DNA of 64,000 nucleotides. Origin: Octopus sinensis (taxonomy: Eukaryota). Position 1 is the first letter of the stretch, and each line of letters starts with the position of its first letter. The position numbers were made by a program, and so were the translations under genes. Below, piece after piece: positions 53,821-64,000 of this stretch. Below the pieces are notes generated by a model. The model was not told where the DNA came from and did no database searches. It was given only the letters and a program-made list of their open reading frames with translations. The stretch is taken from NCBI RefSeq assembly GCF_006345805.1, contig NC_043009.1:48546001-48610000 (forward strand). The letters are read 5' to 3'.

Positions 53821-54264
53821 GCACTCTGTAACTATGATTTTCACACGGATTGTGTAATCGGACATTGTCGGGCGGATATTGTCATATTGAATAAGAGAGA
53901 CAAATACTGTCACATCATTGATGTAGCCAAACCAAATGACATGAATTTTGCGAGTAAAGAGGTTGAAAAAAATCACAAAGTAATCCGAATTGAAAGTTGA
54001 AATGGCAAGACTATGGAATGCGAGAGGGTAATGTAAAAGTGATACCAGTGGTAATCGGAGCGTTAGACTCAGTCCCACTGAAACTTCGAAACTTCTTAAG
54101 GCAACTGGAAATCCCATGCAAGATCGATGTCTTACAAAAAGCAGCCTTATTGGGAACAGCGCAGATCTTAAGGAAATTATTACCCGTCTGAGGTCCTTGA
54201 TGTAAGTTGACAGATGACTAAAATCTCCGGTGCATTTTTTTTTATCTACACTGTGTTACGAAGG
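53821..54264 (+). mobile_element. R4/Dong-like RLE domain fragment + 3' UTR
   Basis: DFHTDCVIGHCRADIVIL..IIDVAKPND..KEVEK, VKVIPVVIGALDSVP..LQKAALLGTAQILRKLLPV* (stop 54189-91), then UTR and (AAT)n. Confidence 0.88.
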
Positions 54265-54357
54265 AATAATAATAATAATGATGATGATAATGATGAGGAT
54301 GAGATGATGATGATAAAAAAATAATAATAATAACTGATAATAATAATAATAATGCTA

Positions 54358-54528
54358 ATGTGGAACCTCAAGACTAAAACAATACTTGTCATAGGCGCAT
54401 TAAAAATGATGGCAAAAAGGACCGATTGATACCTAGCTCAGATACCAGGAAATTCAAAACTGGCAGAAATTCAAAAAAATAGTGCTCATCTCCTTGCCCA
54501 TATCCTACGTAAAATACTGTCTATCTAA
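54358..54528 (+). mobile_element. Extreme C-terminus of another R4/Dong-like element
   Basis: MWNLKTKTILVIGALKMM..YLAQIPG..LAEIQK..AHILRKILSI*. Confidence 0.8.
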
Positions 54529-54599
54529 TCTCAAATGTTAAAACAAACTTATAATTTTCTGATGTATTCTTAAACGAACCTGCAAGTTCGCCGCCTTAA

Positions 54600-54601
54600 T
54601 A

Positions 54602-54693
<92 letters not shown>

Positions 54694-54823
54694 GATGATG
54701 ATGCTGATGATGATGATGATGATGATGATGCTGATGATGATGCTGATGATGATGATGATGATGATGATGATGCTGATGCTGCTGCTGCTGCTGAAGATGA
54801 TGATGAGGATGAGGATGAGGATG

Positions 54824-54855
<32 letters not shown>
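54600..54855. repeat. (GAT)n/(GCT)n tract
   Basis: Direct reading; source of the poly-M ORF. Confidence 0.95.
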
Positions 54856-54888
54856 AATAATCCCCTTATGCTATACCAGATAGTGGCT

Positions 54889-55440
54889 TGCCCTGATGCA
54901 GTACCAGGTTGACTCTCATAGCTTAAGATCTTAACTGATTGGAAGTGTTATCATATACATTGTTTTGTCTTGATATAAAAGATGGCCTACAGTAAATATT
55001 CTGCTCAATACCACAGATTTGCTTGTCACTTGTTTGACCTTAACCAGTTGAGCATGTCCCTTAGTGGCTGACGACATGTGCATCTCTGATCATGAGCAGA
55101 AATAGCGAGGAAGCATCATAGCCATGTGTTGAAAGGGATTCTTAGAGGTTTGGATAATTCACATTTGGAAACATGGGTAGTTCGTTCAACATCCTTAAAC
55201 AATCGTTATTCAGGGATCTTTTGAGCAGGATGGGCTACTCGACCAGAAGAAAATGCTAACTGGGCCCCACCTGCAAGGTCATGCGCTGTTTATCTTGATA
55301 TGAGATCACCCTGTCGCGCACATATTGTTGTGATGCTTGAGCCTAGTGTACCCTTATCAGTGAGGTAGTCATAATGAGTATACTGGACTTCGTATATTTT
55401 ACCCCAGTGTCACTTGGTGGCATGCACTGCTCTCTTACTC
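54889..55440. mobile_element. Family D repeat, full copy 3
   Basis: tgccctgatgcagtacc...gcatgcactgctctcttactc(aat)n, homologous to 24586-25128. Confidence 0.85.
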
Positions 55441-55501
<61 letters not shown>

Positions 55502-55517
55502 GTAATAATAATAATAA

Positions 55518-56806
55518 TACGCAAGCTGCTGAGTTGTAATAGGATGCACCACCCAAAGGTAGACGTAGATCGCCTTTACCTTCCCAGAGCCCAAGGAGGT
55601 CGAGGCCTGATCCAATTTGAACTAGCTTACAAAACAACCACAATTGGACTGGCTAAGTATCTCGAAATATCGAATGACTGGATGCTAAAGCTTGTGGAAA
55701 ATCACGAGAGACGAAAGAAGCTTCATTCTATTATAAAGGAAAGCAAAAAATTTGCTATTGATCTCGTGCAGGATACCCAAACAGAACAACCCGAGGGAAG
55801 TACGGCAATTATTGTTGCAAAGAAGGTGAAAATAATGGCAACGGAAAAAGCGCACGAGCAATTGGCTGATAGGTGGGAGGAGAAACCTCTGCACGGCAAA
55901 TATGTGACCCGCAGCAACAAGCTGATGTTGACCAGAAGCAAACCCATCAGTGGCTACGGAGCTCAGGGCTAAAAGCAGAGAGCGAAGGTTTCATCCTGGC
56001 TGCTCAAGATCAAAGCCTATTAACCCGGAACTACCAGGCCAATGTGATGAAAAATGGAGCAGACCCAAAATGCCGATTCTGCAACGACATGATTGAAACA
56101 GTGGACCACCTAATCTCTGGATGTAAAGTCTTAGCTCCAGTGGAGTATAAATTAAGACATGACAGAGTTGGCCAATATCTACACTGGCTAATAAGTCGGC
56201 ATTACAATATCAAAACTGCCGACAAGTGGTATAATCACCACCCTGAGGCTGTAACTGAAGGAGAAAATGTAACCATTCTGGGGGACTTTCCAGTACATAC
56301 AGACCGAACCATCAAGGCCAATAAACCAGATATTGTTGTGAAAGACCAAAACAATAAAGTTTGCTTATTAATCGACATGAGCATCCCCTGTGATCATAAT
56401 ATCTCAGCGAAAGAGTTTGACAAGCTCAGAAAATATAAAGACCTACTCATTGAATTGAGAAAATGTGGCATCTCAAGGCGGTTACAATACCAGATCGTAG
56501 GAGCACTAGGAATGATCAAGAAGGGAACCGAAAATTATATGAGAATGATCCCTGGCTTACCATCCCTGCAAGAAGTGCAAAAGATTGTCTTAACTGGTAC
56601 ATCTCACGTATTGAGAAGAGCATTGTCGATGTGAGAACTGTTGCTGCTCATGTATTTTAATTTAACTTAAAAAAAATTTTAAAAAATGAACGAACTATTG
56701 AGTTTGGTTTAATGGCCTACCAATGTATACTATGAGTTTCTTTGCCCTAGGAGTCGGGAAGACACTCGGCAAGAAATGGAAGCAAATTTGAAAGAAGAAA
56801 AAAAAA

Positions 56807-56807
<1 letters not shown>
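55518..56807 (+). mobile_element. 5'-truncated R4/Dong-like non-LTR retrotransposon (RT thumb, zinc knuckle, RLE, 3' UTR) inside (AAT)n
   Basis: DRLYLPRAQGGRGL, WEEKPLHGKY, WLRSSGLKAESEGFILAAQDQ, CRFCNDMIETVDHLISGC, RHDRV, KPDIVV..IDMSIP..K..KY, TSHVLRRALSM*. Only a few frameshifts; AAT/TAA arrays on both sides. Confidence 0.93.
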
Positions 56808-56866
<59 letters not shown>

Positions 56867-56869
56867 GTT

Positions 56870-57290
56870 GTATTCCAGGTATAAGGAAGACAATTTTGAG
56901 GCGAGAGTAAGTGGCCGATACCTTTGAGCCATTACTTGACCTTCACTAGTACTTTCATTTCATGGACCCCCAGAAGATGAAAGGTTACGATGATCGGGTA
57001 AAACTTTTAAAATCAGATCCAAGGGAATCAGAATAAACACCGCAGGGTACTTCCTTCGACATTTTGACGATTCCGCTACAGTTTAGGTACAAGGACAGCA
57101 AATTTTAAGGGAGAGAATTAGTCGATTACATCGGTCCTAAGACTAGAGACAGGTATTTTATTTGAACGAGCATGAAAGCATAAAAGGCAGAGATGTCACC
57201 GGCTGGATATGAAGCTATAACGTAAAATGACAAAGCATGCCTCAAAGCATTTCTTTCGCCATATTAAATATTCTAACAAATCACCAGCAT
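56870..57290 (-). mobile_element. Degraded SINE family B fragments
   Basis: ggtacaaggacagcaaattttaagggagagaattagtcgattacatcgg and similar segments. Confidence 0.5.
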
Positions 57291-57588
57291 TAAAAAGATA
57301 TGATAAAGACAATAACTCCATACTCAGGTTTTAAGGACATCATTTAGGTTGGGGTGATCAGTTCAAGTATATTGGAGTATAAAGATTTCAGTGTTTAAAA
57401 GAAATATGTTTTAGAGATCACGGTGAGGGAAAAGGGTGGAGTAAACCACGTCAGAATTTGAACTACGATAGTAAAGAGACGCACTCCATTACCACGATTA
57501 TGTCAACCGATGTGTTAACAATAAGAACACTAATATATGAAATTATGATAATAGAAGGTAACAAAAATATTGATACTACTACTACTAC

Positions 57589-57624
<36 letters not shown>

Positions 57625-57819
57625 TAATAATAATAATAATAATAATAATTATAATAATAATAATAATAATAATAATAGTAATAGTAATAATACTAGATAA
57701 AGATATCCATGATGATAATTGTGATGTTGATGATGATGATGATGATGATGATTATGATGTATATGATGATGATGAATATGATGATGAATATGATGGTGAA
57801 TATGATGATGATGATGATG

Positions 57820-57864
<45 letters not shown>

Positions 57865-58117
57865 TATTGACAATAATAAAAATAATAATAATTTTTGAGA
57901 AATCCAAGTATATGATATACTGGAATATATAAAAAGTAAACAGGTTGTCAAGATTGATGATAGTTTTTGAATCAGTAAAAAATTGATACATACACATGAG
58001 CACACAACACACACACACACATATATATGTATATTTATTTATATGTATATATATACATATATATATGTATGTGGAGGTGTATATGTATATATACATATGT
58101 ACATATATGTATATAAT

Positions 58118-58155
<38 letters not shown>

Positions 58156-58214
58156 ACATATATACATTCATATATACAGACATACGTGTATAGGCAGTCA
58201 CACATGAATCTATG

Positions 58215-58255
<41 letters not shown>

Positions 58256-59611
58256 GTGTATATATATGTATATATTTATATATGCACATATATACATATC
58301 CACATATATATAAATACGTATATATATATATATATGTATATGTATATATATATATGTGTATGTGTTTATATACAAATCTTTAAACATATATATACATATA
58401 TGTGTCTGTGTGCGTGTATGTGTATATATGCATGCATATATATATATGTATATATATATACATATATATACATATCTATATCCATATGTATGCATACGCT
58501 TCAGGTGAGTATCTGTGTTTGTGTGTTTGTATATGTATATATATATTACACTCAACACATATATATACCTGAAAATAATTTTCCTGGTTCATACAAAGTA
58601 TACTTCACCTGAATGATAACAGTAATATTGTTAATATATATACACATCCACAAATCTACGTGTTTCTGTATGTGTATATGAGAGCGTGTGTATGCGCATA
58701 AGGTAATAAATCCGCATATATAACTAAATAAAAACTGAATAAAACATGAATCCTAATATGACAAAATAAACTAATGCTATTGCAAGAGATACGTATATTA
58801 CATAAATCTAAACATATATATATATATATGTAATATATAATATATAATATATATTATATATATATATATAATATATATAATATACTATATATACATATAT
58901 ATATATGTATATATATGTATATATATGTATATATATACATATATATATGTATATATACTTACTTATATATATACTACATACATACATATATATATGTGTG
59001 TGTATATATATATACATATATATGTGAATATATATATTTATATACCTTTATATATGTGTATATATATATATATACATATATATATATGTATGCATATATA
59101 TGTATATTTATATATATAAGATTATATATATACATATATGCATGTATGTATATGCGTCAAAATATATATAATGCATAAATCTAATGAAAACAAACTTTAC
59201 AGATTTTATTTTGTCGAAAGGAGATTTTGGTGGTACCATCAGCAAAAGAAAAAGAAATAGATAGAATTCTTTAATGCATTTTTGTATCTTTCTAATTTTT
59301 CTTGAAAATAATCTACTGTGCTTCTAAGAAACTGTATTTCAAATATTCACATATATACATGCTCGCCTATCTGTTTACGTAGCTACATGTACACGCAAAT
59401 GCACTTATTCATACAAGCAGTTGGCCACACATCTATATTACGTATGTATGTATGTATGTATGTAGGAAAGTAGATACGTTTATGGATATATATAGAGAGA
59501 GATAGACACATAGATAGATGTACACATACATACAGATAGTTAGTTTTGATATGATATATCTAAATATCTATCTGTCTTCATACATGTATGCAGGCATGTG
59601 TTCATATATAT

Positions 59612-59645
<34 letters not shown>

Positions 59646-59795
59646 ATATATATATATATAATATATATATATATACCGCTCATACATGTATATATATATA
59701 ATCGTTTATGTATAAGCATATATTGTATATATATATATATGTATATATCTATATGTATGTATGCATATATATATATACATATGTATATATGTAAG

Positions 59796-59828
<33 letters not shown>

Positions 59829-60083
59829 GTATATATCATATATATATATGTATAAACCATTTAAATATGTGTATGAATGTGTGTCCTGACACACACACAC
59901 AAACACACACACAGAAACACATACACACACAGTGGAATAAAACTGTACATATAACCATATAAAATGAACGACCGTATATTTTATCGTTTTTTCCTTCTAT
60001 TTCTTTTTTATTTTGTTAGCAATACTTTATTGCATTTATAAAATAAAATGTATATATATGTATATATGTTTGTGTGTGTGTGT

Positions 60084-60127
<44 letters not shown>

Positions 60128-60922
60128 TGGAAAGCGAATGTAACAACGACAAGGCAAGAAAATGGATTTATATTCTTGGAAAGTGTAGTAAGGTAAAAAA
60201 AAATACATATATAAATTGTTAACAAATTCTAAATTGAACAGACATAAATTTGGTTTTAAGATGATAAGAAAATAAGTACACTAGAAAAAAGAAGAAAAAA
60301 AACGACTGGAAGTGTAAGAGGGAGATGGAGAAAGAGAGTGGAGTTACAGAGAGAGGAGGGAAAACGAGTGAGAGGGAGAATGAGAAAAATGTGGGGAAAA
60401 CGTTAAAAAAAATGTGACGTAGGAAAAAAAAAACGTTAAGAATAAAATATAAAATGAGAAATTGAAATATTTGAAAATAAATATATATTAGAAGAATTAG
60501 ATTTACAATGAATAGAATTGTTCTCTTTAAAATACGATGTGCCCACAAAAATGATGAACTTCAAAAGTTTAGATGAAAGCTGATATGAATTAATACGACA
60601 GTGTACAGTTATTTAAAGGATTAGCGGAAATAGTGTTAAGTTCGATTTTTCATTTCTTCTTTTTTTTCTATTTTTAAAGATAATTGTATTTCGGTGACTA
60701 GAATTGAATATATTTCTTCATTTTTTTTTTTATTTTCTTTCGTTTTTTTTTAGCATATTTAAAGTTTAATTGAATATTGATTTCTTACCTAGACATAAGT
60801 TGGCTCATTTGATTGAAGGAAAGGCTTTCAATCTGCGACAATCCTGTCCTTCGTACTTGCATACGTACACATACATACATACATACATACATACATACAT
60901 ACATACATACATGCATACATAC

Positions 60923-60954
<32 letters not shown>

Positions 60955-61156
60955 GTATATATGTATAGGTGTGCACGTACGTATATATGATTTAAGATCT
61001 TTTACTTTGAAAGCCAAAACAATGATTCAAGTCAATGATGTGTACGTTTGATATGTATTTCAGTATTCCGAGGTTAGGACCACTTTAGAAAAACTTTGAA
61101 GTAATTCTGTCCTCTTTTCTGTTATTGTAAATTTTAATGTTCGTTTATATACAGGT

Positions 61157-61352
61157 GCAGGAGTGGCTGTGTGGTAAGTAGGTTGCTTACCAACCACATG
61201 TTTCCAGGAGGGAGGTCAGTCACACTGCGTGGCACCTTCAGCAGATGTCTTCTAATATAGTCTTGGACCGACCAAAGCGCCTTGTGAGTTCATTTGGTAG
61301 ACGGAAACTGAAAGATGCTGTCGTATATTTAGTCTATATATATATCTATATA

Positions 61353-61406
<54 letters not shown>

Positions 61407-61419
61407 ATTATAATAGATC

Positions 61420-61462
<43 letters not shown>

Positions 61463-61735
61463 AAACTTACTTGGAAAAGAATGCGTGGCGTTCGATCATA
61501 TATGTTTGTATATGTTTGTGTGTGTGCGTTTGTTAACCCCCCCTCCCACAAATCGCTTGACAACCGATGTTGGTGTGCTTACTTGCCTGTAACTTAGCGA
61601 TTCGGCAAAAAAGACCGATAGAATAAGTACTAGGTTTACAAAGAATAAATCCTGGGGTCGATTTGCTCGTCTAAAGGCGGTGCTCTAGCATGGCCACAGT
61701 CAAATGACTGAAACAAATAAGAGAATTAAAGAAGA
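61157..61735 (+). mobile_element. SINE family A, full length with expanded internal microsatellites
   Basis: gcaggagtggctgtgtggtaagtag...taaaggcggtgctctagcatggccacagtcaaatgactgaaac. Confidence 0.85.
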
Positions 61736-61889
61736 TACAAGTACATATTCACACATACGTACATACATACATGCATACATACATAATACATACACACCCA
61801 CATATATATATATATAATATATATATATATTATATATAATATTATATATATATATATAAAAGAAATATTGATTTCTAAATCTCTCGTAG

Positions 61890-61928
<39 letters not shown>

Positions 61929-62561
61929 ATATATATCTATATATATATATATATATACATTACATACATGACTGATCTTTTTAGCTAACATTCTTGTTGA
62001 TTTGTCGTGTCAGCATTAAATTTATTTGGGAAAGTGAATAAAGTTTTAGAAAATTAAGCTATCAAGAAAACAATTCGTTGAAACATGAATTTTTTTAGCA
62101 GCCTCTTTTAGCAGCCAGTACGAGTGAGAGGAGGAGAGAGGATGAAGTGGAAAGGAGCCACAAGGTCGGGCGGGAAATTGAAAAAAGAACTGGTTTTAAT
62201 ACGAAGATGTTGCATAACAATTATTGTAGCAATAAATCTTCTGCTTCGGGTTTGTCTTAATCAATACCTTAAGAAATTTCAGACAGAAGCGGATTGTTTG
62301 AGAAAGGAACGGAAAAGGAAAAATCGTGTCAGTAAATTAAATGTCTGTGTGTATCCATGTGTAAGTATGCATGTATGTATGTATGTATGTATGTATGTAT
62401 GTATGTATGTATGTGTGTATGTATGTATGTATGTATGGATGGACGGATGGATGCATTAATGTACATACATATATATATATATATATAGAATATATATATA
62501 TATATATATTATGTATGTATGTATATATGCGTATATATGTATAAATATATGCATATATGTA

Positions 62562-63898
62562 GAGGGATGGCCATAATGATGGGAAACATTTTAAGTGCTT
62601 GTATCATGGATTATAAAAGTAACATCGCGTATCAAATATATTTATTGTATAACTGATATACAGCAGTTCGATACAATATCTGAGATTACATCCTGGAGAT
62701 GGTCACCACCCCGAAAAGAATATTCACGAGCTTGCTTTCTCATATCAAGCACACTGCGGTGCAGCATATCGATCGGAATGGCTGAAATCGCTCTACAGAT
62801 GCTTTGTTTTAGTTCCTATGGAATATTCTTGTATGTACTCTTTGAGGTAACTCCACAGAAAATAGTCCACGGGGGTTAGATCCGGTAATCTGGAAGGCCA
62901 ACGGATATCACCAAATCTCGAAATGAGATGTCCAGGGAATTTTTCTCGATGTGTTGTCATTGAGAGTTGCGCTGTGTGACCAGTGGCACCAACTTTTTGC
63001 GTTCTCATCTGTGTCAGGGCAAGCCTTTGTATCTCGGAGAAAAGGTCTTCAGCATACGGTTACCGTTACAGTTGGCGTTGCCGTTACTGTTTTACAGCTG
63101 CACCATGTTGTCCTCAAAAAATTTAAAATAAATCTCACATGCAAATGTCACTGCACACCACACTGTAACGCTATCACTGTGTAAAAAGCCTTTCATGCCC
63201 GACTTGAGGACTTTCACAACCCCAAGACCCACAGGTTTCTTTATTAACGTAACCAGAAAGGTTAACTGGAGCTTCATCTGATGTGATCAAGCCATGAACA
63301 TATTTACAAAACAAACACTAAAAGTCTTTCGTTGCACCTTGTCTTGTAGAAGCAATTGATGCACAAGCTGTACCTTACACGGATACAAGTGTAGGTCTTG
63401 TTTTAAAAGTATTCTGACACTGGTTCAAGAAATATCCAACCGTTGAGCCAATCGACGCGTGAACTTCGAGGGACTTTGTACAATAGCGTTCCCCCACACT
63501 TTGGCACTTCCCTGCACCACCAGACGTTCGATGCCGACCTGGAGTCTTTTTCTTCTCGGTGTCGCTTCTCTCAAGGAAGTTTGTAACAGCACGCAAGAGC
63601 AACTTTCGGGCTGGTGTATTTCAATTTATAAAATGCTGTCAAAATTTTCTTTGGGTTGCAACGATGGATCTTTGGTCTCGTGAAGTATGCTTCGACCACG
63701 TATGTAAATTTTCTTTTTGAATTCACGACATTATGAGGGTCACCAACACCAATTACCTGTAAAAAAATATATAATCTTACATAATATATTGAACTCCTGT
63801 ATATCATTTATATAATAAATATATTTGGTACACTGTGCCATTTATATAATCCAAGATACTAGCATTTAAAATGTGTCCCATAATTAAGGCCCACCCTG
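62562..63898 (-). mobile_element. Full-length decayed Tc1/mariner-superfamily transposon, DD41D (rosa/VS-like) type, ~120-bp TIRs, TA TSD
   Basis: TIRs ta|gagggatggccataatgatgggaaacattttaa and ttaaaatgtgtcccataattaaggcccaccctg|ta. Minus-strand motifs PGRHRT, LHSDSVTVWCA, FFED, Q(K)(V)GATGHTA...WPSRLPDLTPVDYFLW. There are 41 residues between the mutated 2nd D position and the 3rd D. Confidence 0.9.
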
Positions 63899-64000
63899 TA
63901 TGTGTACCACACAATCCCCTCAAATCTAGACACGGATATCTTAGCGTTAACTAACATTCATAAGATTATCTTTGAAGAAAAACAACCAACATCATTATAA

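Overview
Animal genomic DNA, AT-rich and saturated with microsatellites. The SINE and microsatellite make-up suggests an octopod cephalopod; this is an inference from repeat content, not a database result. No host protein-coding gene is recognisable, so the window is probably a large intron or intergenic space. Nearly all long ORFs in the track are translations of simple repeats. The real coding content is transposon debris: four R4/Dong-like RLE retrotransposon coding fragments plus a 3' UTR stub, all next to (AAT)n arrays; two L1/Tx1-like fragments; a young 5'-truncated CR1 with a 6-bp TSD; an RTE fragment; a decayed maT (DD37D) transposase; a full-length decayed DD41D element with TIRs; a mariner MITE; Helentron-like fragments; and many copies of at least three tRNA-head SINE families. 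The most interesting unannotated signals are RNA-structural. There are three unrelated Penelope-type hammerhead ribozyme motifs: an intact one at 17657-17749, a minimal one at 49307-49352, and a decayed one inside a ~290-bp fold-back at 32956-33245. Also present are a short LTR plus tRNA-Ser PBS remnant nested in a SINE, SINE self-nesting, a 540-bp AAT-associated repeat of unknown class, and a near-perfect ~881-bp tandem duplication that may be an assembly artefact. I found no evidence for a wholly new biological system; the ribozyme-bearing elements are the best leads.
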